Origin: Squalus acanthias
Taxonomy: Eukaryota
Length of the DNA stretch: 64,000 nt
Assembly (NCBI GenBank): GCA_030390025.1
Contig: CM059445.1
Span: 40,424,001 to 40,488,000, forward strand
Direction of reading: 5' to 3'
The notes under the pieces were generated by a model, which did not search any database, was not told the DNA's origin, and saw nothing but the letters and a program-made list of their open reading frames with translations. Position numbers and translations under genes: made by a program. Of this stretch, positions 1 to 12,923 are shown piece by piece; positions within the stretch are counted from its first letter, which is position 1; each line of letters starts with the position of its first letter.

Positions 1-599
1 CGAGGTTTAGTTTAGAATGCCCACCTGAAACGGGTGTTAGGCCCTTTGAATATGCTGTTTCAGGACCCCAATGTCAACTTGGGCAAAAACTGGATGGACC
101 ATGTGCTGAGCATGCTCCGCTCAGTTTTTCTGGGCCGACAGCGGCCTAAACCGCGGTGCTTTAAGGGACTGCGGGAGGCCGGCAAAGATGAGGTAGGTTT
201 TCCAGTTTCCACTTACCTTACCGTGAAGTGAGGCGGGCCAGGGGTGCTCCTCCTGGCTCTCCAGCAATACTAGGGGCTGCTGGCTGCATGTGCTCGTCCC
301 CTTGCCGTTCGCCGCCCCCTTTCCCCCAGGAGCTCCAGGAGTTACCTGTGGGTTGACTCGGCGTCCAGGCTGGCTGATTTTCGGATGGCCCAGACTGGCG
401 AGCTGCATCGGGACGGCCGATAGGCCTCCGCAGCTCGCCAGCATTATGGAAATGAATTCAAGGCCCAATGTGGGGCGAGCAGCAGGCCCCCATCTTCAGG
501 CGGCATTTTTAACGCATCGCTGTTTTCGCGCTGGTTCCACTCGAAAATCTACTTTCTCCCCTTATATCAGTAAACGTGAGGTGGTACGTTTTGGTTAAA

Positions 600-1059
600 A
601 AATGACAGTAATTATTATATATAAAAAAACTAATGGAATACTGGGTTTTATAAGAAATAGAATATAAAAGTTGAGATGTAATTGTGAATCTATATAAGGT
701 AGAGTACTGTATGCAGTTGTGTGCTTCACGTTATAGGAAGGATGTTGAGGCAACAGAGCAGCACAGCACAGATTCACGAGGCAGCTGCCTGGTATAAGGG
801 AATACAAATACAAAGAAAGACTTGGAAAATTGGGGCTATTTTCATTAGAACAGAGCAGATTACTGGGTGATTTGATAGAGGTGTTTAACATTATGAAGGG
901 TTGGGACAGAGTCGATAGAAATAGACTGTTTCCAGTGGTTGAGTGGCCTAGAACAAAGGGACATAGATAACAGATTTAGGACAGACAGCAGGAACTTTTT
1001 CTGTGTTGTGAGGTTGTGGAATGCATTATACCAGAGTTACTGACTGAAGCAGAGACCAT
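600..1059 (+). mobile_element. CR1 LINE 3' fragment (continues at 6012-6185 after Harbinger insertions)
   Basis: Degenerate CR1 ORF2 C-terminus (LGLFSLEQSRLLGDLIEVFNIMKG...VVECIIP); gaagcagagaccat joins gtcaacatttaagaataaattgg at 6015. Confidence 0.75.
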
Positions 1060-1773
1060 GGGCTGGATTTTGATACTGGGGCGGGCTTGGGTCGTGTCAT
1101 CCATTTTTTGTGTTATCCACCCGACTGCTATTGGATGTGGGAGATTGATGCGATTTTCACCTAATTGGGCAATTGAGTTCCAGCATGTGGGAACCCATGA
1201 CCCAATTAGTGTTTTCAGTCTGAAAGTCGCCTCTGATGATGTCATCATTGCTGCTGCATTGAAGGTCTGCAAACACTGCCTGGCCTTTGCTGTGAGAGGA
1301 CCTGGAGGCAAAATGAGCAGCAGCAGCCCTAAGTCTGCTCCCAGATATTTTTGTACCACCACCACTCCCAGATATTATTATTTCTTCTTCTTCTCCTTCT
1401 CCTCCCCCTTCCCCTCCTCCTCCTCCTCCTACTACTACTACTACTACTACTCCACAACATCTCCATTGTAATAGTGGACCTGCAGCTATCGAAATGTGCT
1501 CCCGCCAGGTTTCACATTTGTGGTTCAGAACAGGCGTGCTTCACGTAGAAAAAGGGTTAAAATCACAAAGGACTTTCAAAATGGCATTATAGAGGCAATT
1601 TAGTGCTTGTTAAGGGCCTTAACATCCTATCCCGCCTCTTAGAGGCGGGACCAACAGACACGATTTAATGAAAATTGCATGGAGGCGGGCTTGTGCCCGC
1701 CCGCCAGTTTTCGCAATTTTAACCCCCCACACGCCTCCAAACCCACCTCCACGGGTCAATGAAAATTCTGCCC
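1060..1773. mobile_element. Non-autonomous Harbinger derivative (MITE) with internal microsatellite
   Basis: Imperfect TIRs gggctggatttt / aaaattctgccc, 3-bp TSD CAT (1057-1059, 1774-1776); remnant Myb start MSSSSPKSAPR; (TTC/TCC/TAC)n at ~1372-1450. Confidence 0.7.
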
Positions 1774-2047
1774 CATGGCCGCGAATTTAATAGAGGAGGC
1801 AGGTTGGAGTCAGGTTGCCTGGTGGGCGGGTTCCGGTCCCACTTTCGGTTTCAGGTGCTCCTGATTTGCAAATTTAATTTAAGTGGTCTAATTAGGCCCG
1901 TTGTGCGCGCTGCCCGGTCCAATGAGTGGGAGCGTGTCTGTTGCTCTCCACTGATGACGTCATTGCTGCAGTTGTTTTTAAGGGGCCCATGTAGCCTCAG
2001 CTTCTCATTTCTCCTTTCTGCTGCAGTTTGAATGGGCCCAGGCTACA

Positions 2048-3933
2048 ATGACTGCTGCCAAAGCTAAGGCTGCTCCAAGGTTCAATGAGGACTCCCTCCA
2101 AGCTCTTGTGGAGGGAGTAAGAGGGCGCAGGGAGATTCTGTTCCCTCCTGATGGCCGGAGGAAGCATCCTCAGCAAACAAAGGCAGCCTGGCTGTACATT
2201 GCTGAGGAGGTAAGCGTTAGGTTCTTATGTTCATGCACCTGGGTCCAGTGCCAAAAACGGTTTAATGATCTTCTGCGATCATCAAAAGTGAGCATCACAT
2301 CACACTTACCTTCAATCTACTTCCCTTCTCTTCTCATCACCAGCACTCTGCTTTATAAGCCTGCTCCTCCACATCCCACCTTACCCTTACTTCCCTTGCA
2401 CCCTTACCTATCCATCTCTCTCTCTGTACTGAATCACTTCACCATCCTACTATGCACCCCTCACACTTGCTCTCACTCTTAGGCAATGACAATAACTAAC
2501 AATGCACAGGGAGGCAGCTTCCTCTTGGCACCTCACTCCATCTTCGTCTCCCTCTAAGCTTCTATGTTATGGATTCTTCAAAGTCACTCCATCACTCTCA
2601 CTGGAACTCCACTTGTGTCCTTCCTTGCAGGAAAAGATAGCCCACAATAAGAGGGAGAGAGCAAAGACAGGAGGAGGCCCACCATCCCTGGCGACATTGA
2701 CAAGTGCTGAGGAGGCTGCACACGAGATTGTGGGAGGTGGCGAGGAGCTGGAAGTGGGGGACAGAGAGACGAAGCTGGTGACAGATTAGATTTTCAACCC
2801 TCGCATTTAGATTTCATGATTGACAACAATGATATATGATGTTCATAGAGATTGACTTTGGATCATCTGCACAATAGGATGTGTCTGCTACCTAAAAATC
2901 AGATGTCTAACTCATGCCTTTACTCTCCCACAGGACCATCGAGAGCCCCCCCTCTGCACTGTCCAGGAGGAAGAGCCGGATGACTCCTCAGAGGAACCTG
3001 CAGCCTCTGAGGGAGCAGCGTCACCAGGACTCAGCGCACCCAACACCAGTGCAGAAATGTACACTTCGATGGGCCATCGCGACATAGGGTAGTGTTGTTA
3101 CCTGGTGTATCACAGCTCACAAGTGAGCATCAGCAGATGGTGGAGACAGTGATGGCAGTGGAGAGTCTTCGTCGGAGGTCACAAGACTCTCCCAGCTCTG
3201 CTCAGCTGCGTGTAGACGCTGTGCCTCTGGAGCCATCCAGAAAGAGAGCAGTGCTGGAACTCCAGGAACAAGTGCAGGTGTCTCTGACAGGGTTTGCATC
3301 CAGGGTAACTGCGAGTGTGGAGAGAATGGAGGAGTCCATCTCAAACATGAGCACTGCCTTTGTGGAGACAATGGCGCATGAACGTGCGCCATGGAGAGGG
3401 TGGCAACCTCCATGGAGGACATAAGTCGCCAGACTCAGGAGAGCATGGTGACTCTTCTAAATAGATGGTCCGTTATGGAGGATAGATGGGCATCTATTGA
3501 GGAGAAACACCAGAGGTACATGGATGTCCCCGTTATGAGGATTTTCAGTACAGAGACGGGTCCTCATGGCCCCACTGATGTGCAGCAAGGTTCTCTCCAG
3601 CCACTTGCTAGCACTGAAGTGCAGGTGTCCCATGAGAGGGATGTTGCTGGCAGACAACAAGGAAGTGTGGACTCCTCTCCAAGCGCTCATACGACCATGC
3701 CATTGCGGAGCCCTCGGTCAGAGCCCTAGATTCCTCACCCAACTGAAATGGCCGTCTCAGCCCCTGCACAGCCGCAGGAAGAGCAGGCTGTGGAGGAGCC
3801 CTCCCAGGTTCCCAAACCCAGAGGACGCCCGCCAAAGGCGTCTAAGCAGGCGCAGCATCAAAGTGAGCAAGGTGCCTCTACATCTGCTGAAGCCACAGGG
3901 GAAGCACCACGTAGAAGCATGCGTAAGAGGTAG
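2048..3933 (+). CDS. Harbinger Myb/SANT-like DNA-binding protein, spliced (exon1 2048-2287, exon2 2631-~2777, exon3 2934-3933 with stops/frameshifts)
   Basis: APRFNEDSLQALVEGVRGRREILF...AWLYIAEEVS...TWVQCQKRFNDL then EKIAHNKRERAKTGGGPP; GT/AG sites at 2288/2630; exon 3 broken into ORFs 3092-3424, 3391-3729, 3748-3933. Confidence 0.8.
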
Positions 3934-4233
3934 TTAACACAGAAATAGTCACAAGGGTATTCAATTGGGTGTTTTGTTCTGTTGTAAACTTTTGATTGTC
4001 ATCCTTTTGTGATGTGATTAAACAAAAGTGAAGGCAAAGAGTTGAAGTTCTGGCCTATGTGTTCTGGGAAATGGAAGTTGCACATTGAGGGCTCAGGGTG
4101 ACTTGCATTTGCAATGATGGTGCTGAGAGTGATAGGAAAGCTCCGTTTATTGGAGAGATGATGTATGGTGTGTTAAGAAGGTCGTCCACATATTCATAGC
4201 CATATGCCAGCCACTTGTGGTTGAAGCGTAAGC

Positions 4234-5493
4234 TTACACGAATCTGGCATGGATGAGTGCATGCCTTGCGTGATGGGCAGGAATGTGGAAAAGTGCTGCT
4301 GCATTGGCCACATCCGGCTCCGCAAGGCGTGCCTCCTCCACGTCCTCCTCCTCCTCCACCTCAGCCTCCTCCTCCTCATCCTCCCCCTCTTCCGAAGATG
4401 CTCTGCGCTGAGCCACTTGTTCCTCAGGCAGCGCTAAGCCACGCTGTTGTGCGATGTTGTGCAGGGCACAGCAGACGACGATGATTCTGGACACCCTGGC
4501 TGGTGCATACTGCAGGCCTCCACCAGATCTGTCGAGGCATCGGAATCGCATTTTGAGCAAGCTGATGGTTTGCTCTATGATGCTTCTGGTGAAAATGTAT
4601 CTCACATTGTACCACTCCTCAGCCTCGTTTGATGGCCATCTCATCGGTGTCATGAGCCACTTTTTCAGGGGATAGCACTTGTCGCCAAGTAGCCATCCGG
4701 AAAGTTGGATTGGCAGATTGAAGAACTGAGGCACCGTAGACTGCCGCAGGATGAATGAGTCATGGCAACTGCCAGGGAGCTTGGCGCAAACATGCATAAT
4801 ATTCTTCTTGTGGTTACACACCAGCTGGACGTTAAGGGAGTGAAAGCCCTTGCGGTTCACAAATACAGCTGGGTTGTGATGGGGTGCCCTAATGGCCACA
4901 TGTGTGAAGGCTACGATGCCCTGCACCCTTGGAAAGCCTGCCATATTTGCAAAGCCAAGTGCACATGCAGTTGCACTTGCTTCATCCGTGGAGAAGTGGA
5001 TGTAATTGTGCGCCTTTGTAAAGAGAGCATCGGTAACCTGCGTGATGCAAGTGTGTGCGGCCGACTGGGAGATGCTGCTGATGTCTGCTGCTGATCCCTG
5101 GAAGGACCCTGAAGCAAAGAAGTTGAGGGCAGTGGTGACTTTGACAGCCACCGGTAAGGAGTGTCCACCCGCTCCTCTGGGCTCCAGGTCTTGGTGCAGC
5201 ATTGCGCAGATGTCAGCGATTACGCCTCGCGGAAATCTCAGCCTCCTTTGGCACTGCTGCTCACTCATGTTGAGGAAGCTCATCCTCTGCCTGTAAACCC
5301 TGTGTTGGGGGTATCTCCTGCGGCGAGGTGGAGCCCTGTGCTGACATCCTCTGCCCTGTGCAGCATCAGGTGGCTGAGGAGAAGGTTGGCACTCCTGCTG
5401 TTGGTGCCGCTGCTGTGCCTGGTTGCGCTGCTGCCGCGGCTGCTCTTCCTCCGAATCTGACGACCAGGATGAGAGGATATAAATGGTTCCCAT
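4234..5493 (-). CDS. HARBI1-like DDE transposase (419 aa from ATG 5493), first catalytic Asp replaced by Ala
   Basis: Motifs [25 protein letters not shown] (canonical GAIDCTH), [45 protein letters not shown]. Confidence 0.9.
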   Translation of the reverse strand: MGTIYILSSWSSDSEEEQPRQQRNQAQQRHQQQECQPSPQPPDAAQGRGCQHRAPPRRRRYPQHRVYRQRMSFLNMSEQQCQRRLRFPRGVIADICAMLHQDLEPRGAGGHSLPVAVKVTTALNFFASGSFQGSAADISSISQSAAHTCITQVTDALFTKAHNYIHFSTDEASATACALGFANMAGFPRVQGIVAFTHVAIRAPHHNPAVFVNRKGFHSLNVQLVCNHKKNIMHVCAKLPGSCHDSFILRQSTVPQFFNLPIQLSGWLLGDKCYPLKKWLMTPMRWPSNEAEEWYNVRYIFTRSIIEQTISLLKMRFRCLDRSGGGLQYAPARVSRIIVVCCALHNIAQQRGLALPEEQVAQRRASSEEGEDEEEEAEVEEEEDVEEARLAEPDVANAAALFHIPAHHARHALIHARFV

Positions 5494-7257
5494 ACCGCTG
5501 GTATATATCTCAGTCGAGGAATGGAGGTTGTGTGCGCTCAGACAAAGTGGCCAGAGGGTATTCCAAGGAGCGCACACTGCAGATGGAATTCAGCCTCAAC
5601 ACTCACAAGATTAGTAGAGCTGAAAAATGTCTCCCAAACCTCAAAGCACTAAGTTGTGAAAGAATGAGAGATTGCAGGACTGCTTTTAAGCTGTTCGAGC
5701 AGCTGCCAATAATTCAGGTCCTTGCTCATCCCGGCTCGATTCAGCTGGCGTGTTTTTCTGAAGGCGGGCAGCACGCAGAAAAAGCTGCAAAATCCGAACA
5801 GGATTATCCAACAGTTAACAAGCTGTTAACTGCCTTAACTGCCTCTCCCGCCGTTTGGTGTCGGGTCAGTTCGGGAGCGGCTGACCCGACACTTGCCAAA
5901 GTCGGGTGGAGGTGGGATGGCGGCAGGTTCGCAGCCCGCCATCAATTTTTCCGATTTTCACTACCGACCCGCCTCCAAACCCGCCCTCCGAGGTCTATTA
6001 AATTCGCGGCCCATGTCAACATTTAAGAATAAATTGGTTGAAGGAAAAGGGAATAAAGGAATCTGGGAATAGAGTGAGCACATGGGATGAGGACTACTGC
6101 TCGTGTGGAGGATAAACACCAACAAGGACTGGTTGGGCCGAACGGCCAGTTTCTGTGTTATAATTTCTGTGTAATTCGATGTAAAGTGTTCCATTCTCTT
6201 GCAATCACACCCCTCACCTTAATGAGCACAAAATTCACAGAAAAAAATTGAGTGACACAACCTTGTGACCGTCAGATCAGCATGTGAGCTGGCAATTCTC
6301 ATTTGTTGCATTCTAAATCGCCTGCTAGCAATTCAGTGGAAGAGCCGCGGAAAAAGCTGGAAAAGAGGCGTAAACAGCATTTACACCGTTTTTTCCAGAT
6401 TGCAGGGGCTCCAGAGCTGAGGTTCTGATGGATGAACGAGAGAAACGAGTGGAAATCCACCCCCTCATTCTCTAGATGACTTTATTCTTCTGGTAAATAG
6501 ACAAACTAGCAACAGAGATATCCAATACTGCAGTTAAAGTGCAGCTATTGCACTCTGCTTACACTGCTCTCTTCTCCATAAAGAGAGATCCCTGTGCACA
6601 TGTATAAACTGCAGGTAGATGGAGTTAAGATACAGATCCGCCGTGATCTAATTGAATGGCGGAACAGGCTAGAGGGGCTGAATGGCCTACTCCTGTTCCT
6701 GATGTACCAACGCCAGAGGAAATCTTACACCTTAGAGAAGAGTCGATGGCAACCAAAGTGAGACTGAAGCAATGTGAGACAACTTACTGAAAGTGTTCTC
6801 ACGCCACCCTGAACAGTGATCGGAATATGTTGCTCAGGGACTCCAGGGGAAAATAACCACTGAGTGAATGACAGGCTGCAAAATGCACACTGACAGTCCA
6901 CAAAAGCAGTTGTTGAGGTCAAGCTTCCTGCCCGCAGTAGGCAACTTAAACACACAGCAGCACAGCGCACAGGAAGCCCCATGGGTTAATACAACTCGCA
7001 AATACATAGACTAATTATACTTACTTTATTTTTCAGTTGTCCAGTGAATTTGAGCAAAACTCCGGAAATTGTGTCTTAAATTGTTAGGGGGAAAAATTGG
7101 GTTGCTTTGCGCCTCCCGTTAGCACCCACAAAGCCCTGCAGATATTTCATTTTCAAGTATATATCCAAGTTATGACTGCAACATTTCTGAACAACATTAC
7201 TGTCGTTCATTAATAATGGTTCCCGTGTTATCTCTGTAAACTTCTTGCTCATTCACA

Positions 7258-7735
7258 CTTTAGGAAGAATATCAAGGCCTTGGAGAGGGTCCAGAGGAGA
7301 TTTAATAGAATGGTGCCAGGGATCAGGGACTTCAGTTATGTGGAGAGACTAGAGATGCTGGGATTATTCTCCTTAAAACAGAGAAGGTTAAGGGGAGATT
7401 GAACAAAGGTGTTCAAATTTATATGGGATTTTGATAAAGTAGATAGGGAGAAACTTTTACTATTGGCAGGAGGATTGGTGACCAGAAGACACAGATTTAA
7501 GGTAATTGGTAAAAGAACCAGGGGGGAGATGAGAGAATTCTTTTTGTGCGGCAAATTGTTATGATCTGGAATGCACTGCCTGAAAGGAAGCAGATTCAAT
7601 AGTAACTTGGATATATTCTTGAAAATGAAATATATGCAGGGCTTTGGGGAAAGAGCAGGGGAGTGGAACTAATTGGATAGCTCTTTCAAAGGCGCAACGG
7701 GCTAAATGGCCTCCTTCTGTGCTCTATGATTCTAT
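7258..7735 (+). mobile_element. CR1 LINE 3' end
   Basis: ALERVQRRF.RMVPG...LGLFSL...R.TRRHRFKV homology; tatgattctat tail. Confidence 0.8.
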
Positions 7736-9457
7736 GGGGGGAATTTTTTGGGAGTCAGCGGGCGGGTTTGGTGGCGGGTCGGGTGGGAAATTTTTTTTGA
7801 CAGCGGGTAGGGAAATGGTTTTAACCCGCCACCATGCTAGTTTCCCAGATGTTGGGTCTGTCGTCGCTGAACAGACCCGACACCAAGCAGCAGGGGAGGC
7901 GATTTAGATGGTTAAGAGCTTGTTAACAGGCACTTAAAAACTATTTTAAGCTCACCTTTAAGTTTTACGAGGTCGCCCACTGGGTCCACGCTGCTCGGGG
8001 ATCACGTCAGGTAAGCAGGTCGGGAGTTGTGTCACCATGATATCATTTCTTTACTTGAAAGCTGCAAATGTGCTATAAAAGCTCCCATCTCACAGCTGTT
8101 CACTTTACAAGTTCAGAAGCTGTTGCTTACTGCATTTGGAAGACAGATTGAGCTTTATACAGATTGCAAGTGTTTGGAGCAAAAGCTCTATCCAGGTTCA
8201 CCTCATTGGAACAACCTCTCTCACTGTTGACAGATCGCTTCTGTCAGCTCAAGTTCACCTGCCATCTATTACATCAGCATAGGTGCTCTTGAAAATATCT
8301 CACCTTGGTCCTCAGAATTCCATCACGATCAGCCCCAACACCAGCAGCACCAGCAGCACCTTCTCCACAATCAACTGATGCTGCACAGGACACAGGGCAT
8401 CAACATCCAACCACATTGCTGCCTGGAACGCCAGGGATGGCATTACCACAGTCAGATTTACTTCACTTGATGCTGTACACCCTGGCTGCCACATGATGCG
8501 CCAGGTTGGCACCACCCCACACCAACACCATAAAGCATCCCTACAATGCCCAAGCCATTCCTTCCACACTCATCACCATTCACTGCAACTCACTAAGCCA
8601 CTTCCAAAGGTGCACAGAAATCTGTCCAAGAACGCAAAATGTTGAAAATAAAGATTTCAATGATTGACAACACATTAACAGAAACTTCACATAAACTTTG
8701 GATAAAACACACAAGTGCCAACCCTTGTGTGTTGTTACTTGGTATGATTGGACTAGGATGACGGTGAGTGTGAGGGGTGGTGAGTGAGATGGGGAAGTGA
8801 TAATGTAGCTAGAGAGGGATGGGTGGAGGTGCAAGGTAAGCTGGTGTGAGTAAGGATGTGCAGGAGTAGGGTAGGGAAGGCAGAGTGATGGGGATGTGAT
8901 GAGTGGCCACAGCAGGATGAGGTTGAGTGTGGCTTGGCAGTAATGTTTCGTGATCTACTGAGATCATTGAAATGTTTGTGCCACTGCAGCCTGGTCCTCC
9001 TAATAACATCCCTGCTTGTGTCCTCCTGTGCAATGTGCAACCAGGCTGTGTTGATCTCCTGGGGAGGTCTCTTCCACCTTTTGGAAGGGAAGAGAACCTC
9101 CCTGCGTGCTGTGACTCCCTCCATGAGCATACGGAGGGAGTCATGGGTGAGCCTGGGTGCAGCCGTGCACCTCTGTGCAGTGCTTGTCAGTGTTAGCAGC
9201 ACCTCAATGCTGTAGACAGCATAACTGTCAAAATAAATTTGCGCACGGTCCCTTTAAGGAAACCGGCTGATGACGCGTCATCAAGTGATGTCATCAGACA
9301 CGCTTCTTTCAATTGGCCGGGAAATGCGCTGGGCAGGCTTAACAAGCCCAATCAACGTAAGATCACTTTGGACAGCAGGCTGTATCAGGCAGCGGTGTCG
9401 CAACCCGCCACCGACCCCGGCTGCCCTGGACCCGCCGAGGTAGGGGAAATCGCGGAT
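7736..9457 (-). mobile_element. Internally deleted non-autonomous Harbinger element (family copy 1)
   Basis: Degenerate Myb exon 1 on - (AAPRLTHDSLRMLMEGVTARREVLF), nuclease N-terminal remnant on + (QSTDAAQDTGHQH); GC-rich subterminal arms; TAT flanks. Confidence 0.8.
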
Positions 9458-10969
9458 TATGATTCTATAAAAAGTGCCAGTTAACATCAATATGACTGCA
9501 ACATTTCTAAACAACATTACTGTAGTTCATTAATAATGGTTCCAGTGGCTGGTATCTCTGTAAAAGTCTTGCTCATTCAAGCCAAACCTTGTCATACACT
9601 TTACATTTGTGCTCACCCTGATCCTTCCCTCCCTCCACTTCACCTCTGTCCCTCCCACTTTATCATACTTGGACAGAGTGCAGGATACAAATATAAGTAC
9701 AGTGATGCATAACTGAGGTCTCTGTCAGTAAAATGCCTGAAAATATGGCCTTCCATAGAATGATATTCCACGATTACTGTTGTAAAATAACATACGCTGC
9801 ACTTCATTATAAAAGTTGTAACATAATTTGAGATTGTATAATTTGGAGAGGTTCATTCTTTATTTTGCCAATGTTTTACTCTCAGAAGTGCCACCAAGCC
9901 GTACACATAATGCAGTAGAGAGGGCAAGACAGTGACTAGCTCTGAGGCCATTGCCAATGTTTGCAATTAGCTGGCAGGCAGGAGCTGGCAGGAGCTGGCA
10001 AGGGTAGTCATGCCACAGGTATCCCACATGACTTCCCCTGTCTCTGTCCAATATTGCAGCTGAACCTTTTGTCACAAGCCTTCTCAGGTCTTTCTGCCCC
10101 ACACACAAATCCATAACTGAGAGCACAGGGTATGCCCATTTTCCTAGTGTTTAGTGCCAATAAAAATCTTCAAAGAACCATCTTCAAAGAACCTGCTTTT
10201 ACCAGCATAAGAGTTTAACAAAAATTAAAAAAAAAATTTTCATTCATTTATAATTTTAAAATACTTTAAAAAAGGTAAGTTTATTTTTAGCCTAGTAAAA
10301 AACTGAAATTATTTTTTCAAAAGTTAAATTTTTGTTTAAAATATTGAATTTAATGTAATTTTAACTAATTTTAAATACGTGATTTAAAAAAAAATTATTT
10401 AATGTTTAACTCTGTTTTAAATGTGATCCCCATTCATACGTTTGACAGATCTGTGCGGAGAGACCTGTCAAAAGTAAGAAGGGGGATTCCATTCTTTGAT
10501 TGGTTCCCCATGGCCCACGTGAGCCCAGGGACGTTTGCGAACCGCCTCTGTGCGCGCGCACCAGAAGAGGCCCAGCATCGGAAGTCTCGGATATACGGAG
10601 CCAGCAGGTAAGTTCGTAGATTTTTTCCGATCGGAGACATCCGCAGGCAGGAAGCCTCCGATCGAAAAATCCGGCCAAATGATCCTGCCCTCTGGAACTT
10701 TCTACTCATTTGCATCCACATTGCCATTCCCTGTTTTGAAAAACCTTTACAAAATCCTCCTGATCAATTGTGTCTTCAATTTCCTATCATATGTTCTCCA
10801 TTTTTATCCACCCTTCCCACTCAGTATTCACCATATCATAGAAACATAGAAACATAGAAACTAGGAGCAGGAGTAGGCCATTCGGCCCATCGAGCCTGCT
10901 CCACCATTCAATACGATCATGGCTGATCATCCAAATCCAGTACCCTGTCCCTGCTTTCTCACACAGAAT

Positions 10970-11290
10970 CCCCATCGAGCCTGCACCGACACATATCCCA
11001 CCCTATCCCCGTAACCCCACGTATTTAATTCCCCCTAACATATCCCATCCTATCCCCGTAACCCCACATATTTAATCCCCACCGAACACGAAGGGGCAAT
11101 TTATCATAGCCAAATCAACCTAACCCGCACATTTTTGGACTGTGGGAGGAAACCGGAGCACCCGGAGAAAACCCACGCAAACACGGGGAGAATGTGCAAA
11201 CTCCACACAGACAGTCACCCGAGGTCAGATTCGAACCCGGGTCCCTGGCGCTGTGAGGCACCAGTGCTAACCACTATGCCACCGTGTTAC
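10970..11290 (-). mobile_element. HE1-type V-SINE (elasmobranch), preceded by a CR1 tail at 10838-10965
   Basis: ttggactgtgggaggaaaccggagcacccggag...gggagaatgtgcaaactccacacagacag...ttcgaacccgggtccctggcgctgtgaggc = reverse of V-domain and tRNA-derived head. Confidence 0.8.
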
Positions 11291-12070
11291 CCAATACCCA
11301 ATATCCTTTCCCCTCATATTATAAAGCACGTTGACATTTCCCTCAGTGCCTCATGAGCACTGCCTACATGCAAGTTCTTGTTGCTTTATCTGAAATTAGT
11401 ATTTTTCGTTGCAGCAGCTGCTCCATATTTCCATCAAATGTTGAATTCTATAAACTATCAGCACACTAAGAATAGACATTTGCTGCTTCCCTCTGCCAAA
11501 GGAGAGGTTAGGTTTATAATTGTTGTTTAGAGTTTTAATTACAGTCTCCTTGTTACACTCAGTCCCTCTCTTTACATTGAAATAACGCACACTAAAAATT
11601 CAACCCTCTCATTATCGCCTTTTGCACAAAATAAATGTCAAACAGATTAATGCAGAAAAACGTAAAAGAAATATACACAAATAAATATCCATTCTATAGA
11701 AGCATTACTTGTATTATTGGTGAATATATAATATACTAAAACAGCTCATTGTTTCTCTATTTATTAATTATGTATTTGTTTTAGCCAAAATCAGTGGTTT
11801 CTGTGGGGAGTATTTTTTTTACTATTTCCATTGCGTCACAGGTCTATTTACCAGCCATTAACAAGTTAAAAATAAAACGCGTTTCCTTTCCCCTCTCATC
11901 AAACCTGGTTTATGAAAGGAAGCGGGTGTGTTTTAAAAAAAGCAGCTCGACCCTTACACTGGAGGAATAAGCACGAATAATGGAGAGAAGACACCCTTGT
12001 GTATAAAACATTTATGAAAACAGGATTATAGTTCAATAAAATATAATATCTGAAAGGAAGGATCAGTAAA

Positions 12071-12128
12071 ATGGGAAGCAAATTGCTGCAACTGATTGTG
12101 CTCCTACTTCCAGGGACGGGTTTAGTGG
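12071..12128 (+). CDS. Gene A exon 1, signal peptide MGSKLLQLIVLLLPGTGLV(G)
   Basis: ATG in aaaATGg context, hydrophobic leader, donor G|gtaagt, phase 1. Confidence 0.85.
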
Positions 12129-12274
12129 GTAAGTGATCTGTTTAAAGTCCTTTAACATTCAATCCTTGAATTGAATTCACTGGCTTCGGACTGAGAGTTA
12201 TTACAAGTAGATGTTACCCGGTGTGGACTATTCTAAAGTATAGCTGAAGAATTGATCAATAACAGTGTTCAGAA

Positions 12275-12525
12275 TAAAAAATAACAACAGAAAACGCTGG
12301 AAAAACTCAGCAGGCCAGGCAGCATCCGTGGAGAGAGAAACAGAGTTAACGTTTCAGGTCGAAGACCTTTCGTCAGAACTGGAAAAAAGCAGGAAATGAA
12401 ATAGATTTAAAGCAAGGATAAAGCTGGGAAAAGGGGGAGGGGATGAAAGAACAAAAGGAGAGATTAAGAGACATTGAGAGACATTAAGAGATAATCAAGG
12501 CAAGAGGAGGTGTTAATGTGACAGG
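12275..12525 (-). mobile_element. Penelope-like element 3' tail/pLTR (same family as 36398-38617)
   Basis: Reverse complement matches 38340-38590. Confidence 0.8.
12344..12380 (-). ncRNA. Minimal type I hammerhead ribozyme motif (intact core)
   Basis: Minus strand: agtt-CTGACGA-a-aggtc-ttc-gacct-GAAA-cg-TT-aact; stems I and II pair, palindromic ACGT in place of stem III. Confidence 0.7.
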
Positions 12526-12661
12526 TTGTAAGTTTGTGTAGTTGAATTAATTTGAATAATTGTTCAAAGCCCCTCACCACGTTGGGTTACATCTCCTCTA
12601 TATAACTGATATTTAGGTTGAGATACTGTTGTGCATTATTGATTGTGAATCCTTACACTGA

Positions 12662-12923
12662 TATAAGAACATAAGAGGTCAGAGCAGAAGTAGGCCATAC
12701 GGCCATTTGCGCCTGCTCCGCCATTCAATAAGATCATAGCTGATCATCGACCTCAACTCCACTTTTCCGCCTGATCTACATAGCCCTTGATTCCCCTTGA
12801 GTCCAAAAATCTGTCGATCTCAGCCTCGAATATACTCAAAGACTCAGCATTCACAGCCCTCTGGGGCAGAGAATTCCAAAGATTCACAACCCTCTGAGTG
12901 AAGAAATTCCTCCTCATCTCAGT
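12662..12923 (-). mobile_element. CR1 3' fragment inserted in gene A intron 1
   Basis: ataagaacataag tail; empty site present in gene B paralogous intron (ccttacactgatataagggtcggg, ~41710-41733). Confidence 0.8.

Larger units (their letters stand above)
1777..6011. mobile_element. Full-length PIF/Harbinger DNA transposon (Myb/SANT gene on +, nuclease on -)
   Basis: Perfect 18-bp TIR ggccgcgaatttaataga at both ends, TSD CAT (1774-1776, 6012-6014), two convergent genes. Confidence 0.93.

Noticed and set aside
4234-5577. Host domesticated HARBI1 gene
   Set aside because: Lies within TIRs and TSD with a partner Myb gene, inside a CR1 fragment; it is a transposon copy
5328-6026. 232-aa plus-strand ORF and other GC-rich ORFs (35864-36434, 48128-48555)
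   Set aside because: Antisense or shadow frames of transposon sequence with no recognisable domains
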